Positions 30,260 through 41,251 of a stretch of DNA of 64,000 nt are shown here, piece by piece. The notes under the pieces were generated by a model. It made no database searches. It saw nothing but the letters and a program-made list of their open reading frames with translations, and had not been told where the DNA came from. This stretch comes from an uncultured Ignavibacteriota bacterium (GTDB lineage: Bacteria > Bacteroidota > Ignavibacteria > UBA10030 > UBA8401), in NCBI GenBank assembly GCA_903884005.1, contig CAISDA010000040.1, positions 1,539-65,538 on the forward strand. Direction: 5' to 3'. Every line of letters starts with the position of its first letter. Within the stretch, counting starts at the first letter, position 1. The position numbers and the translations under genes were made by a program.

Positions 30260-32503
30260 ATGAACCAGGAACCCGAAGTAACACTCGCAAGCGCGCTTCA
30301 CCATGGATTAACTGAAGCAGAATATAACCGTGTGCTGGACATTCTGGGACGCACTCCGTCCTTCACCGAACTCGGCATTTACAGTGTGATGTGGAGCGAA
30401 CATTGTTCCTATAAAAATTCCATTGCACAGTTGAAGACGCTGCCCCGAACGGGAAAAAAATTGCTCGTCGGTGCGGGCGAAGAGAACGCCGGCCTGGTGG
30501 ATATTGGCGACGGACTTGCCGTTGCATTCAAGATTGAAAGTCACAATCATCCCTCCGCTGTCGAACCGTATCAAGGAGCGGCCACGGGTATCGGAGGCAT
30601 CATGCGCGATATATTCACGATGGGCGCGCGGCCGATAGCCGGACTGAACTCGCTGCGCTTCGGCAGCCTCGATGCCATGCGCACCCGATGGCTCTTTAAG
30701 GGGATCGTGAAGGGGATAGGCGATTATGGGAACAGTTTCGGAGTGCCGACTGTGGCCGGTGAGGTCTATTTCGATCCCTGTTATCAGACGAACCCACTCG
30801 TGAATGCGATGTCTGTCGGCATCGTGCAGCACTCGAAGGTCGCCTCGGCCATTGCCAAGGGTGAAGGGAATACGGTGATGATTGTCGGCGCCTCAACCGG
30901 ACGCGACGGCATACACGGCGCCACGTTTGCCTCCGAGGAAATTTCTGAGAAGTCCGAAGCGAAGCGACCGAGCGTGCAGGTCGGCGACCCGTTCACCGAA
31001 AAACTGCTGCTGGAAGCGACGCTTGAGGTGATTCACGGAGATCTGCTCGTTGGCATACAGGACATGGGTGCGGCGGGCATCACCTGCTCCACAATGGAGA
31101 TGAGCGCGAAGGGAAATTCGGGCATGGTCATAGACCTGGACAAGGTGCCGGTGCGCGAATCAGGCATGAGCGCCTACGAAATCATGCTGTCCGAATCGCA
31201 GGAACGCATGCTCCTGGTCTCCAAGCCGGGTATGGAAGAGAAGATCAGGGAAGTCTTCGCAAAATGGGACCTCCATTGCGTGGCCATCGGCACCGTCACA
31301 AACGACGGGATCGTCAGGATCTATCATCACGGAGTGCTGAAGGCGGAGGTTCCGGCAGAGACCTTGGTGCTCGGCGGTGGTGCTCCAATATACATCCGGG
31401 AAACATTGGAACCGGTATATTTACAAGCAGTACGGTCTATTGATGTAAAGTTAATTCCTGAACCTACTGAGTACGGCGCCGCCATTGACGCGCTATTGCG
31501 TTCGCCGAATATTGCGAGCAAACGCTGGGTCTACGAACAATACGATTCAATGGTGAGGACGAACACGATTGCGTATCAGGGATGCGACGCGGCCATTGTG
31601 AAGATCAAGGACACTGAAAAATATTTGTCCATGAAAACCGATTGCAACGGCCGCTATGTGTACCTTAATCCGCGAAAGGGTGCAATGATCGCCGTGGCAG
31701 AGTCGGCCCGGAATGTCGTGTGTTCGGGTGGAACACCGCTGGCGATCACCAATTGCCTGAATTTTGGCAATCCCTATAAGCCTGAGATGTACTGGCAGTT
31801 CAGTGAAGCCGTAGCCGGTGTCGGAGAAGCCTGCCGCGTGCTCGATACGCCGGTAACAGGCGGCAATGTGAGCTTCTACAATGAAAGTCCCACGGCGGCC
31901 GTGTATCCGACGCCGGTGATCGGCATGGTCGGATTGATCGAAAACAGGAAATTCATTACACCGTCAGCATTCCAGTCGGCTGGAGACGATATAGTGCTCT
32001 TGGGCACCAATCGTGGTGATATCAATGGGAGTGAATATGTGTCCGCGTTGCACGGCATATGCGGTGCCGATGCGCCGTATTTTGACATCCAGGAGGAAAA
32101 AAGGCTCCACGAGTGCACTCTGGAATTGATCCATGCCGGATTGATCCGTTCTGCGCATGATGTGTCAGACGGCGGCATCATTGTCACGCTCATCGAATCC
32201 GCGACGTGCGGCGTGGAGTGCACGGGATTCTCGGTAGAAGTGCGAAACGGCATGCGCATGGACCATGTATTGTTCGGAGAAGAACAATCCAGGATAGTCG
32301 TATCGGCCCAGAGATCGAAGCGTGAGACAATCATGGACGTCTGCACGAGGCACGGCGTGCCGGCTGCGGTCATCGGCAGCGTCACAAACGATGCAACGGG
32401 ACATATACAAGAGTGTGTGACGATAGACCTGCATGCGGCAAAGAACATCATGAGTGTGGCGATCGGCGAAAGAATGGAAGAAGTGGTCAGCGCAATTCTC
32501 TAA
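30260..32503 (+). CDS. purL: Phosphoribosylformylglycinamidine synthase subunit PurL
   Basis: [48 protein letters not shown]. Confidence 0.97.
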   Translation: MNQEPEVTLASALHHGLTEAEYNRVLDILGRTPSFTELGIYSVMWSEHCSYKNSIAQLKTLPRTGKKLLVGAGEENAGLVDIGDGLAVAFKIESHNHPSAVEPYQGAATGIGGIMRDIFTMGARPIAGLNSLRFGSLDAMRTRWLFKGIVKGIGDYGNSFGVPTVAGEVYFDPCYQTNPLVNAMSVGIVQHSKVASAIAKGEGNTVMIVGASTGRDGIHGATFASEEISEKSEAKRPSVQVGDPFTEKLLLEATLEVIHGDLLVGIQDMGAAGITCSTMEMSAKGNSGMVIDLDKVPVRESGMSAYEIMLSESQERMLLVSKPGMEEKIREVFAKWDLHCVAIGTVTNDGIVRIYHHGVLKAEVPAETLVLGGGAPIYIRETLEPVYLQAVRSIDVKLIPEPTEYGAAIDALLRSPNIASKRWVYEQYDSMVRTNTIAYQGCDAAIVKIKDTEKYLSMKTDCNGRYVYLNPRKGAMIAVAESARNVVCSGGTPLAITNCLNFGNPYKPEMYWQFSEAVAGVGEACRVLDTPVTGGNVSFYNESPTAAVYPTPVIGMVGLIENRKFITPSAFQSAGDDIVLLGTNRGDINGSEYVSALHGICGADAPYFDIQEEKRLHECTLELIHAGLIRSAHDVSDGGIIVTLIESATCGVECTGFSVEVRNGMRMDHVLFGEEQSRIVVSAQRSKRETIMDVCTRHGVPAAVIGSVTNDATGHIQECVTIDLHAAKNIMSVAIGERMEEVVSAIL

Positions 32504-32709
32504 GATCGGTGTATCGAAGCATTGTAGCGTGCATGAACCGGCGTACACCACGCCGGATGAAATTTGCGATTTTACGCTAATTTGGGGTCGTGTTATTCTA
32601 TTTTCATAGCAGGGCGAAATGTTATAGTCTCTGTTCGTTATTGAAGAGGGCAGTACGTTCGTCAGCGCTGCGAGTTTCGCTAGTGATATTCAGGGCGCAC
32701 TTGTATCCT

Positions 32710-32737
32710 ACTTAACATAACATATATTATATCGGAT
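32710..32737 (-). other. dif: dif site (XerC/XerD chromosome dimer resolution site)
   Basis: Minus strand ATCCGATATAA-TATATG-TTATGTTAAGT: 11-6-11 layout, XerD arm 10/11 to E. coli TTATGTTAAAT; intergenic between convergent gene blocks. Confidence 0.9.
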
Positions 32738-32744
32738 TCAACGA

Positions 32745-32828
32745 AATGCTGAAAAACACTCTGCGCGCCAACCGGATGCAATGCTGAATGCTGAAAAACA
32801 CTCTGCGCGCCAACCGGATGCACTGCTG
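32745..32828. repeat. 42-bp tandem duplication (2 copies, 41/42 identical)
   Basis: AATGCTGAAAAACACTCTGCGCGCCAACCGGATGCA(A/C)TGCTG twice. Confidence 0.9.
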
Positions 32829-32839
32829 AAATCATCCGA

Positions 32840-33712
32840 TCAATTCCGTGCGACGATCGCGTCACGCTCCGCATCGTACACGATCGTTCCCTCATACACA
32901 ATCTCCGCGCCGCCTTCGAGCGACACATGACTGATATGTCCGCTTCCATCATCCGTAAAATCGATGTGCAGCAATTCTCCGCTCCGTACACGCACCGATA
33001 CCGGCGGCACTGTCTGCTTCACGAAATGCGCTACGATCGACGACGCTACCGATCCCGTCCCGCATGCCAGCGTTTCTTCTTCAACGCCGCGTTCGTATGT
33101 CCGCTGCACCAGGCTGTTGTGCGACTCGGCCTGAACGAAATTGACGTTTGTTCCGACGGGCGCAAATGCCTCGTGATGCCTGAGCGTGCGGCCGAGCTTC
33201 GTGATATCCGCTTCTTCGAACGGCGCTCCAAGCAACTCCGGATTCTCGTCCATAAAAATGACGCAATGAGGCGTGCCTGTATCCGCATAATGATACAGAA
33301 TCGGTTTTCCTTCCACACTCAACGTCTTGCCAAGTTGCACGTCAACCGGATCCTTCATCGATAACACCACGGTCCCGTCCACAATATCCGCACGATACCG
33401 GTACCCCAGCGCCTCAAAATGCATGACGCGTCCTGTTACAATGTGCGTCCGAAATGCGAACATGGCGATGCATCTGCCGCCGTTGCCGCACATGCCGCCG
33501 TAGGATCCGTCTGCATTGTAATACTTCATGGCGAAGTCTGCGTCCGCACTCTTTTCAACCAGCAACAACCCGTCCGCACCAATGCCCAAACGGCGGTCGC
33601 AGAGTCTCTGCGCGGCTGCCGACGCATGGATCACAAAGTCCTGCCGATTGTCGATGACCACAAAGTCGTTGCCGGCTCCGCTCATTTTCGCAAACGTGAT
33701 ATATTGAACCAT
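32840..33712 (-). CDS. dapF: Diaminopimelate epimerase
   Basis: KMSGAGNDF, NADGS..MCGNGGRC, TGTPH, NVNF, ERGVEEETLACGTG. Confidence 0.96.
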   Translation of the reverse strand: MVQYITFAKMSGAGNDFVVIDNRQDFVIHASAAAQRLCDRRLGIGADGLLLVEKSADADFAMKYYNADGSYGGMCGNGGRCIAMFAFRTHIVTGRVMHFEALGYRYRADIVDGTVVLSMKDPVDVQLGKTLSVEGKPILYHYADTGTPHCVIFMDENPELLGAPFEEADITKLGRTLRHHEAFAPVGTNVNFVQAESHNSLVQRTYERGVEEETLACGTGSVASSIVAHFVKQTVPPVSVRVRSGELLHIDFTDDGSGHISHVSLEGGAEIVYEGTIVYDAERDAIVARN

Positions 33713-33731
33713 AGACGGTGTCTGTGTGTAG

Positions 33732-34283
33732 TTAATGAAGGACAGGCGTGTGCATCAGGAGTTTCCGTGCCATCGCCAGCGCCGCCAGCGTCATCCCATC
33801 CCAAATTTGATTCGATGCCACCATCGCATCGATGTCGTCGAGCGACCTCGAGAGCACTTCAAATTCTTCTGTGCTGTCGCATGACGCTGATACCGGACGC
33901 AAATCGCGCGCCACATAGATGTCGCACATTTCATTGGTGACGCCATTAAAAGGATTGAACGCGCCCAGGTAACTCAATGATCCGCATGTAATTCCGGTTT
34001 CTTCTTCAAGTTCTATCTTGGCCATTGCCTCGGATGTTGTCCCCGATTTCACGCCGCCGCACGGCAGTTCAATGCTCTCCTTGTCGCAGAGAAACCGGTA
34101 CTGGTTCACCAGTATGATGTTGCCGTTCTCCTCGATCGGAATGATCATGCATGAGCCGTTCGTATGGACGTAGTGATACTCTCCACTGATGCCGTCGGGG
34201 ATCCGGAACGTGTCCAGTTTGTACGTCCACCAGGGATTACGGTGAACTATTGTTGTCGTCAGCTGTTTCCAATGCCGGAGCAT
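33732..34283 (-). CDS. NUDIX hydrolase (ADP-ribose pyrophosphatase-like)
   Basis: QYR..., ELPCGG.......AKIELEEETG Nudix box. Confidence 0.9.
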   Translation of the reverse strand: MLRHWKQLTTTIVHRNPWWTYKLDTFRIPDGISGEYHYVHTNGSCMIIPIEENGNIILVNQYRFLCDKESIELPCGGVKSGTTSEAMAKIELEEETGITCGSLSYLGAFNPFNGVTNEMCDIYVARDLRPVSASCDSTEEFEVLSRSLDDIDAMVASNQIWDGMTLAALAMARKLLMHTPVLH

Positions 34284-34323
34284 GAGATCCTTTTTTTTAT
34301 TGACACTCGTTAACGAATAGTAC

Positions 34324-34358
34324 AAAAAAAATGCAGAGGAACAAAATTCCTCTGCATG
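34324..34358 (-). terminator. Intrinsic terminator after ndk
   Basis: ATGCAGAGGAA..TTCCTCTGCAT stem with A-run on the left (U-tract on minus strand). Confidence 0.75.
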
Positions 34359-34400
34359 TATTTTTATTCCGCGTTCCTGTGCGGGCCATGTCCTGCTCGG

Positions 34401-34820
34401 TCAGAGCAATTCAGTCTGAGCAAAGAAATAGGATACTTCAATGATCCCGTTCTCCGCCGAATCGGAACCGTGCACGATGTTTTCTCCCTTGTTGTCTGCA
34501 AAGTCCTTCCTGATCGTGCCTGGTGCGGCATCCTTCGGGTCGGTTGCGCCGATGAGCGTCCGATAATCGGCCACGGCATTGTCTTTTTCCAACGCCACCG
34601 GCACGCACGCCCCGGATGTCATGAACTCGACGAGTCCGTCGAAGAACGGCCTGCCCTTATGAACGGCATAAAATCCCTCCGCCATCGCTTTCGTCATGTT
34701 GATCTGTTTCATGCCCACAACGGTGAAGCCCGCTTGTTGTATGCGTGCGAGAACTTCGCCTTGCAGATTTTTTCGGACACAGTCCGGTTTCATGATGCAT
34801 AATGTTCGTTCAAGAGCCAT
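34401..34820 (-). CDS. ndk: Nucleoside diphosphate kinase
   Basis: [32 protein letters not shown]. Confidence 0.97.
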   Translation of the reverse strand: MALERTLCIMKPDCVRKNLQGEVLARIQQAGFTVVGMKQINMTKAMAEGFYAVHKGRPFFDGLVEFMTSGACVPVALEKDNAVADYRTLIGATDPKDAAPGTIRKDFADNKGENIVHGSDSAENGIIEVSYFFAQTELL

Positions 34821-35018
34821 GAGTCTATCGTTTCCTTTGGCGGACACAGCGCGCGGTATGCGCGAGTGCCCATGGTGAATGATGGATAAATTAGTTGACC
34901 TCAGTGCGTATACACACTGGTCAATCATGGCAGCATACGATATGCACCATCATCGACGCAATGCAGTGCGAAACGTCATATCATCCTGCAATTTTTTGGT
35001 GAGGTACGTATGATACAA

Positions 35019-36116
35019 TTATTTTTTCTTCTTCACAGCCGCCGATTTGTTCCCGGCTTTGGCTGCGGTCTTCTTTTTCGGCGCGACCGCTTTTTTCGAC
35101 ACCGGTGCCGTTTGTGCCTTGACCGGTTTTTTCTTCGAAACGGGTTTTGGCTTCACTGCCGCCTTCGGTTTCGCTTTGACTGCCCTGGCAACGCTCACCG
35201 ATACTTTTCGCTTGTACATTTTGGCGAGCGCCTTCTGCATCGTATCGCCGAGTTCGGCCGGACTCTCGCACACATGAATGCCGGCGTCGCGCATGGCTTC
35301 CATTTTTTCGGCCGCTGTCCCCTTCCCTCCTGAAATAATTGCCCCTGCATGGCCCATGCGGCGTCCGGCCGGTGCGGTGCGCCCGGCAATGAATCCGACC
35401 ACGGGCTTCTTCACGTGCTTCCGTATATAGTCTGCGGCTTCTTCCTCGGCCGTGCCACCGATCTCGCCGATCATGATGATGCCGTCCGTTTTATCGTCGG
35501 CATTATAGAGCGCCAGCGCATCGACGAACCGCGTGCCGATGATCGGATCTCCGCCAATGCCTATGCAGGTGGATTGGCCAATGCCCCGTTCCGTCAGCTG
35601 CCACACCGATTCGTACGTCAGCGTGCCGCTGCGCGAAATGACCCCGACGTGCCCCGGTTTGTGTATGAATGCGGGCATGATGCCGATCTTGCATTCCCCG
35701 GGCGTGATGATGCCCGGACAATTCGGCCCGATCAAACGAACGCCTTTGCGCTGTATAAAATCGTAAGCCGTCACCATGTCTTTGACGGGAATGCCCTCGG
35801 TGATGCAGACAATCAGTGTGATGCCCGCGTCGGCTGCTTCCATGATCGCGTCTGCGGCGAAAGCGGCGGGGACGAAAATGATCGATGTGTCCGCTGCCTG
35901 TGCTCTGACCGCGTCGGAGACGGTATTGAACACCGGAACGGCCAACGGAAACGCATCTCTCTCGTTCCCTTTATAGGACGTGCCGCCTTTGCCCGGAGTC
36001 ACCCCGGCCACGACGTTGGTCCCGTACTGCAGCATTTGCGATGTGTGGAATGTGCCTTCGCCGCCGGTGAGTCCCTGCACCACAAGCCGTGTTTTTTTAT
36101 TTACGAGTATGCTCAT
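35019..36116 (-). CDS. sucD: Succinate--CoA ligase alpha subunit with Lys/Ala-rich C-terminal tail
   Basis: [39 protein letters not shown]. Confidence 0.96.
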   Translation of the reverse strand: MSILVNKKTRLVVQGLTGGEGTFHTSQMLQYGTNVVAGVTPGKGGTSYKGNERDAFPLAVPVFNTVSDAVRAQAADTSIIFVPAAFAADAIMEAADAGITLIVCITEGIPVKDMVTAYDFIQRKGVRLIGPNCPGIITPGECKIGIMPAFIHKPGHVGVISRSGTLTYESVWQLTERGIGQSTCIGIGGDPIIGTRFVDALALYNADDKTDGIIMIGEIGGTAEEEAADYIRKHVKKPVVGFIAGRTAPAGRRMGHAGAIISGGKGTAAEKMEAMRDAGIHVCESPAELGDTMQKALAKMYKRKVSVSVARAVKAKPKAAVKPKPVSKKKPVKAQTAPVSKKAVAPKKKTAAKAGNKSAAVKKKK

Positions 36117-36195
36117 ATTGTGGAGGATTTTGTGTGAATGAATACGAACGTCAATTGTTGTCAGCGTGAATACGTCGCGGATACGCGACGGTGTC

Positions 36196-37623
36196 TCATG
36201 AGTGGGTCCGTTCCAGAAAGTCGGCGATATTCAGGAGCGTCGACTCGTCGAATTGTTTTCCCAGGAGCTGGAGGCCGATCGGCAGTCCCTGTGCATCGAC
36301 GCCGGCGGGCACGCTGATGCCCGGGATTCCTGCAAGGTTGGCCGAGACGGTGTAGATGTCGCTGAGGTACATCTGCAGCGGGTCGCTCATTTTTTCGCCG
36401 AGTTTGAATGCCGTCGTCGGCGAGATCGGCGTGAGCAGACAATCGACCTTCGTGAATGCTTCGAAGAAATCGTTTTGTATGAGGCGGCGGACCCGCTGTG
36501 CTTTTTTATAGTATGCGTCATAGTACCCGGCGGACAGCACGTACGTCCCGAGCATGATGCGGCGCTTCACTTCGGCGCCGAAGCCCTCGCTGCGCGATTT
36601 CGTGTACATCTCTGTCAAATCCTTCGCACCGTCGGCGCGGAATCCATATCGGGCTCCGTCGAAGCGTGCAAGGTTCGACGACGCTTCGGCCGTCGCCAGT
36701 ATGTAATACGCGGCAATGGTGTATTCGGAATGCGGCAGCGACACCTCGATGATCTCCGCGCCGTGCGCCTCGAGTATCACGATCTTCGTTTCGAGCGCTC
36801 GGCGGATCTCGGCCGAGAGCGCGTCGTTGAAATATTCTTTCGGTACACCGATCTTTACCCCGTCCACGCTCCCCGTGATCGCCGCCAGGTAGTCCGGCAC
36901 CGGAACGCGTGCCGAGGTTGAATCCCGTTCGTCATGTCCTGCGATCACCTGCAGCACGCGCGCGCAATCGCGCACGGTCTGGGCGAACGGACCGATCTGG
37001 TCGAACGACGACGCGTAGGCGACGAGTCCATACCGGGACACGCGTCCGTACGTCGGTTTCATGCCGACGATTCCGCACAGTCCCGCAGGCTGACGGATCG
37101 ATCCGCCTGTGTCGCTGCCGAGCGATGTTGTCGCCATGCCGGCGGCAACCGCCACGCACGATCCGCCGCTGGAACCGCCGGGCACGCGCGTTTCATCCAG
37201 GGGGTGTTTCACCGGACCATACGCCGAATTTTCATTCGACGAACCCATGGCGAATTCATCCATATTCGTCTTGCCGATAATGACGGCATCGGCGTCGCGC
37301 AATTTTTCAATCACCGCGGCATCATAGACAGCCTCGTGGTGCTCGAGTATCTTCGAGCCGCACGTGGTGATCGTGCCTTTCATGCAGAGCACATCCTTCA
37401 CCGCCATGACCATGCCCGCAAGCGGACCGGCCGTGCCGGCTGCAATTTTTACGTCGATCGCCCTTGCCTGCTCATGCGCTTCAGATCCGAAGACGCAGAG
37501 AAATGCGTTCAGCGTCTGCCGTTCGGCAAGCACTGAGAGATAGGCACCGACGCGCGCTTCGCATGTTTCCTCTCCGGAAGAGAGTTTAGAGCGGTACGTG
37601 TCGAACGGTTCGCGTGTGTTCAT
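36196..37623 (-). CDS. gatA: Asp/Glu-tRNA amidotransferase subunit A
   Basis: [51 protein letters not shown]. Confidence 0.96.
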   Translation of the reverse strand: MNTREPFDTYRSKLSSGEETCEARVGAYLSVLAERQTLNAFLCVFGSEAHEQARAIDVKIAAGTAGPLAGMVMAVKDVLCMKGTITTCGSKILEHHEAVYDAAVIEKLRDADAVIIGKTNMDEFAMGSSNENSAYGPVKHPLDETRVPGGSSGGSCVAVAAGMATTSLGSDTGGSIRQPAGLCGIVGMKPTYGRVSRYGLVAYASSFDQIGPFAQTVRDCARVLQVIAGHDERDSTSARVPVPDYLAAITGSVDGVKIGVPKEYFNDALSAEIRRALETKIVILEAHGAEIIEVSLPHSEYTIAAYYILATAEASSNLARFDGARYGFRADGAKDLTEMYTKSRSEGFGAEVKRRIMLGTYVLSAGYYDAYYKKAQRVRRLIQNDFFEAFTKVDCLLTPISPTTAFKLGEKMSDPLQMYLSDIYTVSANLAGIPGISVPAGVDAQGLPIGLQLLGKQFDESTLLNIADFLERTHS

Positions 37624-37934
37624 TCGGTTGCGGAAGATTGGTTCTCGTGCGGCAGCGGATTGGCCGTTTGTACTTGTGCGCCATACGGCAACGTCTCGGC
37701 CGTAACGGATTGTGTCTTGTGAGGCGGCGGTTCGGGCCGCGCGATCGTCTGGTCGTCGACCGGCATGTGCGTCATCTTGGTGATTTCGCCCTGCACCTCG
37801 TTCATCGCCTTCTTGAATTCACGCACTCCCCGGCCGATCCCATTCATGAGCTCGGGAATTTTTTTCGGTCCGAAAAAAACGATGAACACGACGGCGATCA
37901 GGGTTATTTCCTGGAACCCAAGGTTCTCAAACAT
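37620..37934 (-). CDS. Twin-arginine translocase TatA/TatB family subunit
   Basis: LGFQEI.LI....VFFGPKKIPELM..IGRGVREFKKA. Confidence 0.9.
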   Translation of the reverse strand: MFENLGFQEITLIAVVFIVFFGPKKIPELMNGIGRGVREFKKAMNEVQGEITKMTHMPVDDQTIARPEPPPHKTQSVTAETLPYGAQVQTANPLPHENQSSATE

Positions 37935-37935
37935 G

Positions 37936-38205
37936 TTATTTGTTCTCTTCGAGTTTTTTGCGCAGTTCCTGCTCGCGTTTGATCAGCTCGAGTTCGCGCT
38001 TGTCCAGATTCCGCTCGCGTTCGGTGTCCGTGGAGGTCGTCGCAGAATCGTTCTCGATGTCGGTCTGAACGTCCTTGATCCCTTTGCGGAATTCCTTGAT
38101 GCCCTTGCCGAGTCCCTGCGCCATCTCCGGTATTTTTTTCGCGCCGAAGAAGATCAAAAAAACAACGACGATTAAAATTAATTCAGGTGTGCCTAATCCC
38201 ATCAT
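37936..38205 (-). CDS. tatA: Twin-arginine translocase subunit TatA
   Basis: LGTPELILI....[23 protein letters not shown]. Confidence 0.92.
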   Translation of the reverse strand: MMGLGTPELILIVVVFLIFFGAKKIPEMAQGLGKGIKEFRKGIKDVQTDIENDSATTSTDTERERNLDKRELELIKREQELRKKLEENK

Positions 38206-38216
38206 TGCCGTATCCT

Positions 38217-38936
38217 TTATGAACTGTGATGAAGAACATTATTGATGATCGATGTAAAAATGGTCCGTCCGTCCGTCGAGCCGAGTTCGGACTCCACTGC
38301 CCGTTCCGGGTGAGGCATCATGCCGAGCACATTGCCCTGTTTGTTCACGATCCCCGCTATATTCAACAGCGAGCCGTTTGGATTCGTTTCGTCGGTCGTG
38401 TTCCCATGCTCGTCGCTGTAGCGGAACACGATCTGACCGTTGTCGCAGAGTTCGGCAAGCGTGTCGTCGTCGGCAAAATAATTCCCCTCCCCGTGCGCGA
38501 TCGGTATCTTCAGCAGACCGCCCGGCGTACAGGCGCTCGTGAAGCGCGTGTGCGCGTTCTCCACCTTCAGCGTGACATATTTGCAGATGAACTTGAGCGA
38601 ACGGTTCCGGAGCATCGCTCCCGGCAGCAAACCCGCCTCGAGAAGGATCTGGAAGCCGTTGCATATGCCGATCACCGTTCCGCCTGCTTCCGCAAACTTG
38701 ACGACCTCGCGCATGACCGGAGAGAAACGCGCGATCGCCCCTGTGCGGAGATAATCGCCGTACGAAAATCCGCCCGGCAGGATCACCGCATCCACATCGC
38801 CAAGCGTGGTATTTTTGTGCCAGATAAATTCCGCGTCCTGCTGCATCACGTGCTTGAGCGCATGATACGCATCATGGTCGCAATTGGATCCGGGAAATAC
38901 CACAACGCCGAATTTTTTCACCGATTCTCGTCCCAT
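38217..38936 (-). CDS. purQ: FGAM synthase glutaminase subunit PurQ
   Basis: [33 protein letters not shown]. Confidence 0.96.
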   Translation of the reverse strand: MGRESVKKFGVVVFPGSNCDHDAYHALKHVMQQDAEFIWHKNTTLGDVDAVILPGGFSYGDYLRTGAIARFSPVMREVVKFAEAGGTVIGICNGFQILLEAGLLPGAMLRNRSLKFICKYVTLKVENAHTRFTSACTPGGLLKIPIAHGEGNYFADDDTLAELCDNGQIVFRYSDEHGNTTDETNPNGSLLNIAGIVNKQGNVLGMMPHPERAVESELGSTDGRTIFTSIINNVLHHSS

Positions 38937-38944
38937 GAGCGTGA

Positions 38945-39193
38945 TCAGACCTTTGCCACTGTGTATGAATAATCCTCCATCACCGAATTGGCAAGTATTT
39001 TCCTGCACGCTTCGTCGGTGATCCGTGCGGCGTCCTCGTCGCTGTGCGCGTCGATCTCGAGCTGCACCTGCTTGCCGATGCGGACGTTCGACACAGTCGT
39101 CATGCCGAGCGAATGGATGCCGTGTTCGACGGCTTTGCCCTGCACATCGAGTATCGATGTGCGCAGTGTGATGATGATCGTTGCCTGATACAC
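38945..39193 (-). CDS. purS: FGAM synthase subunit PurS
   Basis: LR..ILDVQG.AV, VRIGK, LAN.VMEDY; directly before purQ. Confidence 0.93.
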   Translation of the reverse strand: MYQATIIITLRTSILDVQGKAVEHGIHSLGMTTVSNVRIGKQVQLEIDAHSDEDAARITDEACRKILANSVMEDYSYTVAKV

Positions 39194-39270
39194 GAACGCT
39201 CCGGTGATTCTACCCGCCGTACAAGCGGCTGGGTAATGTGATTCGTATAATTTCTTAAATGCCGTGAACT

Positions 39271-39476
39271 GTAACTACTCGGTGTGCAGTAAAATCATTG
39301 TCATCCTGAGGTAAGGCATCTTGACTAAGGTCAAGAATCTTCATGCATATGACATACGTTCTCTGTCATTCTGAGCGCAAGCGAAGAATCGTGCATCGTG
39401 TGAGCAGCCGGCAAGATTCTTCGGTCGCTATGCTCCCTCAAAATGACACGTACTATAGATTATGCTGAGTTGTTGC
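39271..39476. mobile_element. MITE copy 1 with REP-like palindromic core
   Basis: Ends GTAACTACTCGG / CTGAGTTGTTGC; flanks CGTGAACT and TGTGAACT (7/8); core TGTCATTCTGAGCGCAAGCGAAGAATC..AGATTCTTCGGTCGC..CTCCCTCAAAATGACA; homologous to 59269-59445. Confidence 0.75.
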
Positions 39477-39483
39477 TGTGAAC

Positions 39484-40284
39484 TTAGAGGTCGTAGCTCG
39501 TGGCCTCTTCCGTTTCGTCCGCCGCCGGTTCCGCCAGCGTTCCGCCCGTGATCTGCCTGGCGAAGCGCACGCAATACCGCGCGATGCCGAAGAGAATGAA
39601 CGCGCTGAAAAGATAAAAGAGCATGCCGCCCCTGGTCGCGACAATGACAACCGCAGCCGTGGCGTAGACGCCGACCTTCACCGGATGTTTCTTCAGATCC
39701 TTCTTCGAAAACTTGGGCAGCGTGTCGTACTTCACGGTGCTCACCATGAGCAGCGACACGATTACGATCATCGGGGCGAACCATTGCGCCGCGGCGCCCT
39801 CGAGTACCATGCGGCCCGGTGTTCCGTCGATCCCCGGCGCCATGTGCTGCGCGAATGTCAGCACATAGGCGATCACGGCTATGGCGCTCGCCGGTATCGG
39901 GAGTCCGGTGAAATAATCTTTGTCGAACCCGACAAGTTGCACGTTGAACCGCGCAAGGCGGATGCCGCCGAGGATCAGCAGGAGCGAACTGACCAATAGC
40001 CCCCAGGTCTCCCACTGGTGCATGTGCAGCTGGTATGCCATGAAGGCCGGAGCCGCGCCGAACGACACCACATCGGATAACGAATCGATCTCAACGCCGA
40101 ACTGGCTGCTCGTTTTCGTGAGCCTCGCCATGAACCCGTCGAGCGAGTCGAACACACCCGCAAGAATAATGAAGTATGCCGCTTCCTCGAACTTGCCGTT
40201 GCTGGACGACACGATAGATAAAAATCCGCAAAACATGTTCAGCACGGTGAAGAGACTCGGTATGACTGCTCGTGTAATTCTCAT
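39484..40284 (-). CDS. pssA: CDP-diacylglycerol--serine O-phosphatidyltransferase
   Basis: PSLFT..N..CG, DSLDG..AR....S.FG..IDSLSD..SFG, RLARFN, GLP. Confidence 0.95.
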   Translation of the reverse strand: MRITRAVIPSLFTVLNMFCGFLSIVSSSNGKFEEAAYFIILAGVFDSLDGFMARLTKTSSQFGVEIDSLSDVVSFGAAPAFMAYQLHMHQWETWGLLVSSLLLILGGIRLARFNVQLVGFDKDYFTGLPIPASAIAVIAYVLTFAQHMAPGIDGTPGRMVLEGAAAQWFAPMIVIVSLLMVSTVKYDTLPKFSKKDLKKHPVKVGVYATAAVVIVATRGGMLFYLFSAFILFGIARYCVRFARQITGGTLAEPAADETEEATSYDL

Positions 40285-40296
40285 GCTATTTTGCTA

Positions 40297-40950
40297 TCAA
40301 TGTACCACTGCCAGAATTGTTTCACCGGCAACGGTTTTTTGTTGGAGGGTTGCGCGGACCGCTGCTGAGGCCGGCACATAAATGTCGACCCGCGACCCGA
40401 ATTTGATCATGCCGAACCGTTTCCCCGCAATCACCTGCTCGCCTTCGGTGAGAGGACACACGATGCGCCTTGCCACGAAGCCCGCGATCTGCTTGAAGAA
40501 GATCCGTGTTCCGTTTGCTGTCTCGATGCCGATGTGCGTCTGTTCGTTCTTCAACGATGCCTTCTCTTCAAAGGCGGCAAAATATTCGCCGGCAATGTGT
40601 CGCACGTAGCGCACCGTTCCCGTGACCGGAATTCTGTTCACATGCACGTTCAGCGGCGACATGAAAATACTGATCTGTGTCGCCTTGCCGTGCATGAAGA
40701 TTGTTTCATCGACTTCGGTAATGCCGATCACGGTGCCGTCTGCTGGAGAGAGGATCTGGGAACTGCCTGGAGGCGATACGCGCTCGGGGTCGCGGAAAAA
40801 ATAGGCGGTGAAAATGAAAAACACACCCGCCGCAGCGATCAGCGTGTATTTCAAAAATAGATGCGAGACAAAAAAATAGGAGCCAAGGATAAGTAGAACG
40901 CACAGCGCCGTTATCGTAACAAAAACATCAAAGCCGTATTCTGTAATCAC
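40297..40950 (-). CDS. psd: Phosphatidylserine decarboxylase family protein
   Basis: FFRDPER, SPADG, IFMSPLNVHVNR, QIAG..ARRI, IKFGSRVD autocleavage motif. Confidence 0.95.
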   Translation of the reverse strand: MITEYGFDVFVTITALCVLLILGSYFFVSHLFLKYTLIAAAGVFFIFTAYFFRDPERVSPPGSSQILSPADGTVIGITEVDETIFMHGKATQISIFMSPLNVHVNRIPVTGTVRYVRHIAGEYFAAFEEKASLKNEQTHIGIETANGTRIFFKQIAGFVARRIVCPLTEGEQVIAGKRFGMIKFGSRVDIYVPASAAVRATLQQKTVAGETILAVVH

Positions 40951-41251
40951 TCGGTGAACTCCGCCCTGCTGTCAAAAAAAATCGCGTGAAATTGTACAAT
41001 TGCCTGAGAATGATACCAAATAATGGGTGCAAAGTCAAGGTGTAGCCGCTCGAGGTATTGATTTTAATCCATGATTTCATTATTTTAATACAATGATAAA
41101 CCAAATGAGTACACGACTTGTGAAGACAAGGATCCTGACAATCATAACAGACTGCGGAACGAGCAATTTTTCTGCCGTGAGTGAGCAACGTAAATTTTAA
41201 GAATGTCCCGACTATAAAGAGCGGGACATTTTTTTTGACCGGACCTGTGCC

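Noticed and set aside
32745..32828. Repeat as a CRISPR array
   Set aside because: Two adjacent copies, no spacer, no cas genes in the window.
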